A stretch of DNA of 64,000 nucleotides from Laetmonice hystrix (taxonomy: Eukaryota): positions 24,988,001-25,052,000 of the forward strand of contig OZ249436.1 in NCBI GenBank assembly GCA_965235115.1. The letters are read 5' to 3'. Made by a program: the position numbers and the translations under genes. Shown piece by piece: positions 39,301-52,800 of this stretch (position 1 is its first letter; the number at the start of each line of letters is the position of its first letter). The notes under the pieces are model-generated. The model saw only the letters and a program-made list of their open reading frames with translations. It ran no database searches and was not told the DNA's origin.

Positions 39301-42300
39301 ACAAGGCAAATTCAGTCAATGCAAGCTGGAAAATCGAATGTCAAACCTAATGCTCCCCCCCCCAGCACGTTAACTGAAAAAAATCAACTAGCTTGAAAAC
39401 TAGAATATAGCTTTGTTTAGCTAACAATCTACTCTCCCAGCGCCATCAACTCGCATACAGGCGTAAAAGCAAACGCACTGCCCCATATAATGCTCCCAGC
39501 CTAAGACGATGTTGCAATTAATTTAAGATTAACAAGATGCACTAGTAATCCGATCCAAGCCTAATTACGTCATTGCTAGTTTCATAACCAAATCTCACAG
39601 AAAATACCCCACCCGCGCACATAACCTGAAAATATTTAACTTTTATCTCCAATGTATCCCTGTGCACCTAGTAGCACACAAGCGGGCCCAATTTTGACAT
39701 CCCAACACAAATACCGCAAATACCCGCCTAATGGCACAAAAAACTTTCTACCCCGTTGCAAGTCACATTAGCGTGCTGCTTGTCGTAAAAAATGGTGCAG
39801 ACCATTTCTAAAGTCACAGTACCCCACTCCCGGCCTAATATTACGTTTCAGTATCCATATACGCTGCAAGCGGCAGGAACTCGAATACAGGCCTAAAAGT
39901 AACCTCAGTCTAGCAATATCATACTCCCATGCCATATACGAGCTTGTAATTATCTTTAATTAATGGGCTCCGCAGCACCAACCCACTGCATTAACATTTG
40001 TTTAACAGCTTAACGCACCTTGTAAAATTTTTTCAAGTGCGTAAAAATGCGTGTCCACCTCCACATACTTTAAAAATCACTATACCCACCCAGCGACATC
40101 CACTCTAATACACGCCTAAAAGGAACTTCACTGTCCCATTTGATTCTCCAGCACGTATAGGATGTTTCAAGTAACATTCATCCACGGTCTGGCCCAATAA
40201 CGTGCAGCAAGGCATAGTAAGTCAATGCGAGCTCGCATGTCAAACCTAACCCGCCCCCAAGCACATGAGCTGAAAATATTCAAATAGCTTGAAAACTAGA
40301 ATATAGCTTTGCTTAATACCATTATACCATCAACTCGCATTACAGGCCTAATGCGAAGCTCCCAGCCTAAAACGAGTTTCCAAATAATTTAAAGTTAACA
40401 AGATGCACTAATAATCGATTCCAAGCCTAATTAGGCCATTGCTAGTTGGATAACCAAATCTCATACAAAATACACCCTCCCGGCAGATGACCTGAGAATA
40501 TTTAACTCTTATGTCCGATATATCCCTGTCTGCTTAGTAGCACCCAGCCGGGCCCCCATTTTGACATTGCAACACCAATACAGCAAGTGCCCAGCTAACA
40601 GCACAAATAACAGGATTCAGGGCTTCCTACCACGTTACAAGTCACAATAGATTGCTGCCTGTCGTAAAAATATACCAGACCATTTTAAAAAGTCACAGAA
40701 CCCCAATCCGGCCCTAATATGTCACTCCCAGTACCAATACACGCTGGAAGCACCATCAACTGAAATTCAGGCCTAGAACCCACCTCTCTCTACCAATATC
40801 ATGCACCTAGTCCGTATACGAGGTTGTAATTTACTTTAATCAACGGGCTGTGCCGCAGCAACCCACTCTGGTCTTTGCAATCTTTTTCAATATGCGTTAA
40901 CATTTGTAACCAGCTCAACGCGCCTTGTAAAATTTTTCAAAGTGCGTAAAGTGTGTGTCCACCCCGACACGCTTTCCAAACCACTATACCCACCGAGCGA
41001 CATCCACTCAAATACAGGCTTCGACCGATCCTCACTGTGCCAATAATCCGCCACAAGGCAAATTCAGTCAATGCAAGCTGGAAAATCGAATGTCAAACCT
41101 AATACTCCCCCCCCCCCAGCACGTTAACTGAAAATAATCAACTAGCTTGAAAACTAGAATATAGCTTTGTTTAGCTAACAATCTACTCTCCCAGCGCCAT
41201 CAACTCGCATACAGGCGTAAAAGCAAACGCACTGCCCCATATAATGCTCCCAGCCTAAAACGATGTTGCAATTAATTTAAAATTAACAAGATGCACTAGT
41301 AATCCGATCCAAGCTTAATTACGTCATTGCTAGTTTCATAATCAAATCTCACAGAAAATACCCTTCCCGGGCAGATAACCTGAAAATATTCAACTTTTAT
41401 CTCCAATGTATCCCTGTGCACCTAGTAGCACACAAGCGGGCCCAATTTTGACATTCCAAGACAAAAACCGCAAATACCCGCCTAATGGCACAGAAAACTT
41501 TCTACCCCGTTGCAAGTCACATTAGCTTGCTGCTTGTCGTAAAAAATGGTGCAGACCATTTCTAAAGTCACAGTACCCCACTCCCGGCCTAATATTACGT
41601 TTCAGTATCCATATACGCTGCAAGCGGCAGGAACTCGAATACAGGCCTAAAAGTAACCCCAGTCTAGCAATATCATACTCCCATGCCATATACGAGCTTG
41701 TAATTATCTTTAATTAATGGGCTCCGCAGCACCAACCCACTGCATTAACATTTGTTTAACAGCTTAACGCACCTTGTAAAATTTGTTCAAGTGCGTAAAA
41801 ATGCGTGTCCACCTCCACATACTTTAAAAATCACTATACCCACCCAGCGACATCCACTCTAATACACGCCTAAAAGGAACTTCACTGTCCCATTTGATTC
41901 TCCAGCACGTATAGGATGTTTCAAGTAACATTCATCCACGGTCTGGCCCAATAACGTGCAACAAGGCATAGTAAGTCAATGCGAGCTCGCATGTCAAACC
42001 TAACCCGCCCCCAAGCACATGAGCTGAAAATATTCAAATAGCTTGAAAACTAGAATATAGCTTTGCTTAATACCATTATACCATCAACTCGCATTACAGG
42101 CCTAATGCGAAGCTCCCAGCCTAAAACGAGTTTCCAATTAATTTAAAGTTAACAAGATGCACTAATAATCGATTCCAAGCCTAATTAGGCCATTGCTAGT
42201 TGGATAACCAAATCTCATACAAAATACACCCTCCCGGCAGATGACCTGAGAATATTCAACTCTTATGTCCGATATATCCCTGTCCGCTTAGTAGCACCCA

Positions 42301-43849
42301 GCCGGGCCCCCATTTTGACATTGCAACACCAATACAGCAAGTGCCCAGCTAACAGCACAAATAACAGGATTCAGGGCTTCCTACCACGTTACAAGTCACA
42401 ATAGATTGCTGCCTGTCGTAAAAATATACCAGACCATTTTAAAAAGTCACAGAACCCCAATCCGGCCCTAATATGTCACTCCCAGTACCAATACACGCTG
42501 GAAGCACCATCAACTGAAATTCAGGCCTAGAACCCACCTCTCTCTACCAATATCATGCACCTAGTCCGTATACGAGGTTGTAATTTACTTTAATCAACGG
42601 GCTGCGCCGCAGCAACCCACTCTGGTCTTTGCAATCTTTTTCAATATGCGTTAACATTTGTGACCAGCTCAACGCGCCTTGTAAAATTTTTCAAAGTGCG
42701 TAAAAGTGTCTGTCCACCCCGACACGCTTTCCAAACCACTATACCCACCGAGCGACATCCACTCAAATACAGGCTTCGACCGATCCTCACTGTGCCAATA
42801 ATCCGCCACAAGGCAAATTCAGTCAATGCAAGCTGGAAAATCGAATGTCAAACCTAATGCTCCCCCCCCCCCAGCACGTTAACTGAAAAAAATCAACTAG
42901 CTTGAAAACTAGAATATAGCTTTGTTTAGCTAACAATCTACTCTCCCAGCGCCATCAACTCGCATACAGGCGTAAAAGCAAACGCACTGCCCCATATAAT
43001 GCTCCCAGCCTAAGACGATGTTGCAATTAATTTAAGATTAACAAGATGCACTAGTAATCCGATCCAAGCCTAATTACGTCATTGCTAGTTTCATAACCAA
43101 ATCTCACAGAAAATACCCCACCCGCGCACATAACCTGAAAATATTTAACTTTTATCTCCAATGTATCCCTGTGCACCTAGTAGCACACAAGCGGGCCCAA
43201 TTTTGACATCCCAACACAAATACCGCAAATACCCGCCTAATGGCACAAAAAACTTTCTACCCCGTTGCAAGTCACATTAGCGTGCTGCTTGTCGTAAAAA
43301 ATGGTGCAGACCATTTCTAAAGTCACAGTACCCCACTCCCGGCCTAATATTACGTTTCAGTATCCATATACGCTGCAAGCGGCAGGAACTCGAATACAGG
43401 CCTAAAAGTAACCTCAGTCTAGCAATATCATACTCCCATGCCATATACGAGCTTGTAATTATCTTTAATTAATGGGCTCCGCAGCACCAACCCACTGCAT
43501 TAACATTTGTTTAACAGCTTAACGCACCTTGTAAAATTTTTTCAAGTGCGTAAAAATGCGTGTCCACCTCCACATACTTTAAAAATCACTATACCCACCC
43601 AGCGACATCCACTCTAATACACGCCTAAAAGGAACTTCACTGTCCCATTTGATTCTCCAGCACGTATAGGATGTTTCAAGTAACATTCATCCACGGTCTG
43701 GCCCAATAACGTGCAGCAAGGCATAGTAAGTCAATGCGAGCTCGCATGTCAAACCTAACCCGCCCCCAAGCACATGAGCTGAAAATATTCAAATAGCTTG
43801 AAAACTAGAATATAGCTTTGCTTAATACCATTATACCATCAACTCGCAT
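33327..43849 (+). repeat. Higher-order repeat: 2 units (d-c, ~3,507 bp) x3
   Basis: Type-d units (1-nt deletion CGTAAAGTG, no 61-aa ORF) at 33327, 36834 and 40341 alternate with type-c units (ORFs at 35626, 39134, 42641; spacing 3508 and 3507). Confidence 0.9.
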
Positions 43850-46800
43850 TACAGGCCTAATGCGAAGCTCCCAGCCTAAAACGAGTTTCCAATTAATTTA
43901 AAGTTAACAAGATGCACTAATAATCGATTCCAAGCCTAATTAGGCCATTGCTAGTTGGATAACCAAATCTCATACAAAATACACCCTCCCGGCAGATGAC
44001 CTGAGAATATTCAACTCTTATGTCCGATATATCCCTGTCCGCTTAGTAGCACCCAGCCGGGCCCCCATTTTGACATTGCAACACCAATACAGCAAGTGCC
44101 CAGCTAACAGCACAAATAACAGGATTCAGGGCTTCCTACCACGTTACAAGTCACAATAGATTGCTGCCTGTCGTAAAAATATACCAGACCATTTTAAAAA
44201 GTCACAGAACCCCAATCCGGCCCTAATATGTCACTCCCAGTACCAATACACGCTGGAAGCACCATCAACTGAAATTCAGGCCTAGAACCCACCTCTCTCT
44301 ACCAATATCATGCACCTAGTCCGTATACGAGGTTGTAATTTACTTTAATCAACGGGCTGCGCCGCAGCAACCCACTCTGGTCTTTGCAATCTTTTTCAAT
44401 ATGCGTTAACATTTGTGACCAGCTCAACGCGCCTTGTAAAATTTTTCAAAGTGCGTAAAAGTGTGTGTCCACCCCGACACGCTTTCCAAACCACTATACC
44501 CACCGAGCGACATCCACTCAAATACAGGCTTCGACCGATCCTCACTGTGCCAATAATCCGCCACAAGGCAAATTCAGTCAATGCAAGCTGGAAAATCGAA
44601 TGTCAAACCTAATGCTCCCCCCCCAGCACGTTAACTGAAAAAAATCAACTAGCTTGAAAACTAGAATATAGCTTTGTTTAGCTAACAATCTACTCTCCCA
44701 GCGCCATCAACTCGCATACAGGCGTAAAAGCAAACGCACTGCCCCATATAATGCTCCCAGCCTAAGACGATGTTGCAATTAATTTAAGATTAACAAGATG
44801 CACTAGTAATCCGATCCAAGCCTAATTACGTCATTGCTAGTTTCATAACCAAATCTCACAGAAAATACCCCACCCGCGCACATAACCTGAAAATATTCAA
44901 CTTTTATCTCCAATGTATCCCTGTGCACCTAGTAGCACCCAAGCGGGCCCAATTTTGACATTCCAACACAAATACCGCAAATACCCGCCTAATGGCACAA
45001 AAAAACTTTCTACCCCGTTGCAAGTCACATTAGCTTGCTGCTTGTCGTAAAAAATGGTGCAGACCATTTCTAAAGTCACAGTACCCCACTCCCGGCCTAA
45101 TATTACGTTTCAGTATCCATATACGCTGCAAGCGGCAAGAACTCGAATACAGGCCTAAAAGTAACCCCAGTCTAGCAATATCATACTCTCATGCCATATA
45201 CGAGCTTGTAATTATCTTTAATTAATGGGCTCCGCAGCACCAACCCACTGCATTAACATTTGTTTAACAGCTTGACGCACCTTGTAAAAAATTTTCAAGT
45301 GCGTAAAAATGCGTGTCCACCTCCACATACTTTAAAAATCACTATACCCACCCAGCGACATTCACTCTAATACACGCCTAAGAGGAACTTCACTGTCCCA
45401 TTTGATTCTCCAGCACGTATAGGATGTTTCAAGTAACATTCATCCACGGTCTGGCCCAATAACGTGCAACAAGGCATAGTAAGTCAATGCGAGCTCGCAT
45501 GTCAAACCTAACCCGCCCCCCAGCACATGAGCTGAAAATATTCAAATAGCTTGAAAACTAGAATATAGCTTTGCTTAATACCATTATACCATCAACTCGC
45601 ATTACAGGCCTAATGCGAAGCTCCCAGCCTAAAACGAGTTTCCAATTAATTTAAAGTTAACAAGATGCACTAATAATCGATTCCAAGCCTAATTAGGCCA
45701 TTGCTAGTTGGATAACCAAATCTCATACAAAATACACCCTCCCGGCAGATGACCTGAGAATATTCAACTCTTATGTCCGATATATCCCTGTCCGCTTTGT
45801 AGCACCCAGCCGGGCCCCCATTTTGACATTGCAACACCAATACAGCAAGTGCCCAGCTAACAGCACAAATAACAGGATTCAGGGCTTCCTACCACGTTAC
45901 AAGTCACAATAGATTGCTGCCTGTCGTAAAAATATACCAGACCATTTTAAAAAGTCACAGAACCCCAATCCGGCCCTAATATGTCACTCCCAGTACCAAT
46001 ACACTCTGGAAGCACCATCAACTGAAATTCAGGCCTAGAACCCACCTCTCTCTACCAATATCATGCACCTAGTCCGTATACGAGGTTGTAATTTACTTTA
46101 ATCAACGGGCTGCGCCGCAGCAACCCACTCTGGTCTTTGCAATCTTTTTCAATATGCGTTAACATTTGTAACCAGCTCAACGCGCCTTGTAAAATTTTTC
46201 AAAGTGCGTAAAAGTGTGTGTCCACCCCGACACGCTTTCCAAACCACTATACCCACCGAGCGACATCCACTCAAATACAGGCTTCGACCGATCCTCACTG
46301 TGCCAATAATCCGCCACAAGGCAAATTCAGTCAATGCAAGCTGGAAAATCGAATGTCAAACCTAATGCTCCCCCCCCCCAGCACGTTAACTGAAAAAAAT
46401 CAACTAGCTTGAAAACTAGAATATAGCTTTGTTTAGCTAACAATCTACTCTCCCAGCGCCATCAACTCGCATACAGGCGTAAAAGCAAACGCACTGCCCC
46501 ATATAATGCTCCCAGCATAAAACGATGTTGCAATTAATTTAAAATTAACAAGATGCACTAGTAATCCGATCCAAGCTTAATTACGTCATTGCTAGTTTCA
46601 TAACCAAATCTCACAGAAAATACCCCACCCGGGCACATAACCTGAAAATATTCAACTTTTATCTCCAATGTATCCCTGTGCACCTAGTAGCACCCAAGCG
46701 GGCCCAATTTTGACATTCCAACACAAATACCGCAAATACCCGCCTAATGGCACAAAAAACTTTCTACCCCGTTGCAAGTCACATTAGCTTGCTGCTTGTC

Positions 46801-49800
46801 GTAAAAAATGGTGCAGACCATTTCTAAAGTCACAGTACCCCACTCCCGGCCTAATATTACGTTTCAGTATCCATATACGCTGCAAGCGGCAGGAACTCGA
46901 ATACAGGCCTAAAAGTAACCCCAGTCTAGCAATATCATACTCTCATGCCATATACGAGCTTGTAATTATCTTTAATTAATGGGCTCCGCAGCACCAACCC
47001 ACTGCATTAACATTTGTTTAACAGCTTAACGCACCTTGTAAAAAAATTTTCAAGTGCGTAAAAATGCGTGTCCACCTCCACATACTTTAAAAATCACTAT
47101 ACCCACCCAGCGACATTCACTCTAATACACGCCTAAGAGGAACTTCACTGTCCCATTTGATTCTCCAGCACGTATAGGATGTTTCAAGTAACATTTATCC
47201 ACGGTCTGGCCCAATAACGTGCAACAAGGCATAGTAAGTCAATGCGAGCTCGCATGTCAAACCTAACCCGCCCCCCAGCACATGAGCTGAAAATATTCAA
47301 ATAGCTTGAAAACTAGAATATAGCTTTGCTTAATACCATTATACCATCAACTCGCATTACAGGCCTAATGCGAAGCTCCCAGCCTAAAACGAGTTTCCAA
47401 TTAATTTAAAGTTAACAAGATGCACTAATAATCGATTCCAAGCCTAATTAGGCCATTGCTAGTTGGATAACCAAATCTCATACAAAATACACCCTCCCGG
47501 CAGATGACCTGAGAATATTCAACTCTTATGTCCGATATATCCCTGTCCGCTTAGTAGCACCCAGCCGGGCCCCCATTTTGACATTGCAACACCAATACAG
47601 CAAGTGCCCAGCTAACAGCACAAATAACAGGATTCAGGGCTTCCTACCACGTTACAAGTCACAATAGATTGCTGCCTGTCGTAAAAATATACCAGACCAT
47701 TTTAAAAAGTCACAGAACCCCAATCCGGCCCTAATATGTCACTCCCAGTACCAATACACGCTGGAAGCACCATCAACTGAAATTCAGGCCTAGAACCCAC
47801 CTCTCTCTACCAATATCATGCACCTAGTCCGTATACGAGGTTGTAATTTACTTTAATCAACGGGCTGCGCCGCAGCAACCCACTCTGGTCTTTGCAATCT
47901 TTTTCAATATGCGTTAACATTTGTAACCAGCTCAACGCGCCTTGTAAAATTTTTCAAAGTGCGTAAAAGTGTGTGTCCATCCCGACACGCTTTCCAAACC
48001 ACTATACCCACCGAGCGACATCCACTCAAATACAGGCTTCGACCGATCCTCACTGTGCCAATAATCCGCCACAAGGCAAATTCAGTCAATGCAAGCTGGA
48101 AAATCGAATGTCAAACCTAATGCTCCCCCCCCCCAGCACGTTAACTGAAAATAATCAACTAGCTTGAAAACTAGAATATAGCTTTGTTAAGCTAACAATC
48201 TACTCTCCCAGCGCCATCAACTCGCATACAGGCGTAAAAGCAAACGCACTGCCCCATATAATGCTTCCAGCCTAAAACGATGTTGCAATTAATTTAAAAT
48301 TAACAAGATGCACTAGTAATCCGATCCAAGCCTAATTACGTCATTGCTAGTTTCATAACCAAATCTCACAGAAAATACCCCACCCGCGCACATAACCTGA
48401 AAATATTCAACTTTTATCTCCAATGTATCCCTGTGCACCTAGTAGCACCCAAGCGGGCCCAATTTTGACATTCCAACACAAATACCGCAAATACCCGCCT
48501 AATGGCACAAAAAACTTTCTACCCCGTTGCAAGTCACATTAGCTTGCTGCTTGTCGTAAAAAATGGTGCAGACCATTTCTAAAGTCACAGTACCCCACTC
48601 CCGGCCTAATATTACGTTTCAGTATCCATATACGCTGCAAGCGGCAGGAACTCGAATACAGGCCTAAAAGTAACCCCAGTCTAGCAATATCATACTCTCA
48701 TGCCATATACGAGCTTGTAATTATCTTTAATTAATGGGCTCCGCAGCACCAACCCACTGCATTAACATTTGTTTAACAGCTTAACGCACCTTGTAAAAAA
48801 TTTTCAAGTGCGTAAAAATGCGTGTCCACCTCCACATACTTTAAAAATCACTATACCCACCCAGCGACATTCACTCTAATACACGCCTAAGAGGAACTTC
48901 ACTGTCCCATTTGATTCTCCAGCACGTATAGGATGTTTCAAGTAACATTTATCCACGGTCTGGCCCAATAACGTGCAACAAGGCATAGTAAGTCAATGCG
49001 ACCTCGCATGTCAAACCTAACCCGCCCCCCAGCACATGAGCTGGAGATATTCAAATAGCTTGAAAACTAGAATATAGCTTTGCTTAATACCATTATACCA
49101 TCAACTCGCATTACAGGCCTAATGCGAAGCTCCCAGCCTAAAACGAGTTTCCAATTAATTTAAAGTTAACAAGATGCACTAATAATCGATTCCAAGCCTA
49201 ATTAGGCCATTGCTAGTTGGATAACCAAATCTCATACAAAATACACCCTCCCGGCAGATGACCTGAGAATATTCAACTCTTATGTCCGATATATCCCTGT
49301 CCGCTTAGTAGCACCCAGCCGGGCCCCCATTTTGACATTGCAACACCAATACAGCAAGTGCCCAGCTAACAGCACAAATAACAGGATTCAGGGCTTCCTA
49401 CCACGTTACAAGTCACAATAGATTGCTGCCTGTCGTAAAAATATACCAGACCATTTTAAAAAGTCACAGAACCCCAATCCGGCCCTAATATGTCACTCCC
49501 AGTACCAATAGACGCTGGAAGCACCATCAACTGAAATTCAGGCCTAGAACCCACCTCTCTCTACCAATATCATGCACCTAGTCCGTATACGAGGTTGTAA
49601 TTTACTTTAATCAACGGGCTGCGCCGCAGCAACCCACTCTGGTCTTTGCAATCTTTTTCAATATGCGTTAACATTTGTGACCAGCTCAACGCGCCTTGTA
49701 AAATTTTTCAAAGTGCGTAAAAGTGTGTGTCCACCCCGACACGCTTTCCAAACCACTATACCCACCGAGCGACATCCACTCAAATACAGGCTTCGACCGA

Positions 49801-52800
49801 TCCTCACTGTGCCAATAATCCGCCACAAGGCAAATTCAGTCAATGCAAGCTGGAAAATCGAATGTCAAACCTAATGCTCCCCCCCCCCAGCACGTTAACT
49901 GAAAATAATCAACTAGCTTGAAAACTAGAATATAGCTTTGTTAAGCTAACAATCTACTCTCCCAGCGCCATCAACTCGCATACAGGCGTAAAAGCAAACG
50001 CACTGCCCCATATAATGCTCCCAGCCTAAAACGATGTTGCAATTAATTTAAAATTAACAAGATGCACTAGTAATCCGATCCAAGCCTAATTACGTCATTG
50101 CTAGTTTCATAACCAAATCTCACAGAAAATACCCCACCCGCGCACATAACCTGAAAATATTCAACTTTTATCTCCAATGTATCCCTGTGCACCTAGTAGC
50201 ACCCAAGCGGGCCCAATTTTGACATTCCAACACAAATACCGCAAATACCCGCCTAATGGCACAAAAAACTTTCTACCCCGTTGCAAGTCACATTAGCTTG
50301 CTGCTTGTCGTAAAAAATGGTGCAGACCATTTCTAAAGTCACAGTACCCCACTCCCGGCCTAATATTACGTTTCAGTATCCATATACGCTGCAAGCGGCA
50401 GGAACTCGAATACAGGCCTAAAAGTAACCCCAGTCTAGCAATATCATACTCTCATGCCATATACGAGCTTGTAATTATCTTTAATTAATGGGCTCCGCAG
50501 CACCAACCCACTGCATTAACATTTGTTTAACAGCTTAACGCACCTTGTAAAAAATTTTCAAGTGCGTAAAAATGCGTGTCCACCTCCACATACTTTAAAA
50601 ATCACTATACCCACCCAGCGACATTCACTCTAATACACGCCTAAGAGGAACTTCACTGTCCCATTTGATTCTCCAGCACGTATAGGATGTTTCAAGTAAC
50701 ATTTATCCACGGTCTGGCCCAATAACGTGCAACAAGGCATAGTAAGTCAATGCGACCTCGCATGTCAAACCTAACCCGCCCCCCAGCACATGAGCTGGAG
50801 ATATTCAAATAGCTTGAAAACTAGAATATAGCTTTGCTTAATACCATTATACCATCAACTCGCATTACAGGCCTAATGCGAAGCTCCCAGCCTAAAACGA
50901 GTTTCCAATTAATTTAAAGTTAACAAGATGCACTAATAATCGATTCCAAGCCTAATTAGGCCATTGCTAGTTGGATAACCAAATCTCATACAAAATACAC
51001 CCTCCCGGCAGATGACCTGAGAATATTCAACTCTTATGTCCGATATATCCCTGTCCGCTTAGTAGCACCCAGCCGGGCCCCCATTTTGACATTGCAACAC
51101 CAATACAGCAAGTGCCCAGCTAACAGCACAAATAACAGGATTCAGGGCTTCCTACCACGTTACAAGTCACAATAGATTGCTGCCTGTCGTAAAAATATAC
51201 CAGACCATTTTAAAAAGTCACAGAACCCCAATCCGGCCCTAATATGTCACTCCCAGTACCAATAGACGCTGGAAGCACCATCAACTGAAATTCAGGCCTA
51301 GAACCCACCTCTCTCTACCAATATCATGCACCTAGTCCGTATACGAGGTTGTAATTTACTTTAATCAACGGGCTGCGCCGCAGCAACCCACTCTGGTCTT
51401 TGCAATCTTTTTCAATATGCGTTAACATTTGTGACCAGCTCAACGCGCCTTGTAAAATTTTTCAAAGTGCGTAAAAGTGTGTGTCCACCCCGACACGCTT
51501 TCCAAACCACTATACCCACCGAGCGACATCCACTCAAATACAGGCTTCGACCGATCCTCACTGTGCCAATAATCCGCCACAAGGCAAATTCAGTCAATGC
51601 AAGCTGGAAAATCGAATGTCAAACCTAATGCTCCCCCCCCCCAGCACGTTAACTGAAAATAATCAACTAGCTTGAAAACTAGAATATAGCTTTGTTAAGC
51701 TAACAATCTACTCTCCCAGCGCCATCAACTCGCATACAGGCGTAAAAGCAAACGCACTGCCCCATATAATGCTCCCAGCCTAAAACGATGTTGCAATTAA
51801 TTTAAAATTAACAAGATGCACTAGTAATCCGATCCAAGCCTAATTACGTCATTGCTAGTTTCATAACCAAATCTCACAGAAAATACCCCACCCGCGCACA
51901 TAACCTGAAAATATTCAACTTTTATCTCCAATGTATCCCTGTGCACCTAGTAGCACCCAAGCGGGCCCAATTTTGACATTCCAACACAAATACCGCAAAT
52001 ACCCGCCTAATGGCACAAAAAACTTTCTACCCCGTTGCAAGTCACATTAGCTTGCTGCTTGTCGTAAAAAATGGTGCAGACCATTTCTAAAGTCACAGTA
52101 CCCCACTCCCGGCCTAATATTACGTTTCAGTATCCATATACGCTGCAAGCGGCAGGAACTCGAATACAGGCCTAAAAGTAACCCCAGTCTAGCAATATCA
52201 TACTCTCATGCCATATACGAGCTTGTAATTATCTTTAATTAATGGGCTCCGCAGCACCAACCCACTGCATTAACATTTGTTTAACAGCTTAACGCACCTT
52301 GTAAAAAATTTTCAAGTGCGTAAAAATGCGTGTCCACCTCCACATACTTTAAACATCACTATACCCACCCAGCGACATTCACTCTAATACACGCCTAAGA
52401 GGAACTTCACTGTCCCATTTGATTCTCCAGCACGTATAGGATGTTTCAAGTAACATTTATCCACGGTCTGGCCCAATAACGTGCAACAAGGCATAGTAAG
52501 TCAATGCGACCTCGCATGTCAAACCTAACCCGCCCCCCAGCACATGAGCTGGAGATATTCAAATAGCTTGAAAACTAGAATATAGCTTTGCTTAATACCA
52601 TTATACCATCAACTCGCATTACAGGCCTAATGCGAAGCTCCCAGCCTAAAACGAGTTTCCAATTAATTTAAAGTTAACAAGATGCACTAATAATCGATTC
52701 CAAGCCTAATTAGGCCATTGCTAGTTGGATAACCAAATCTCATACAAAATACACCCTCCCGGCAGATGACCTGAGAATATTCAACTCTTATGTCCGATAT

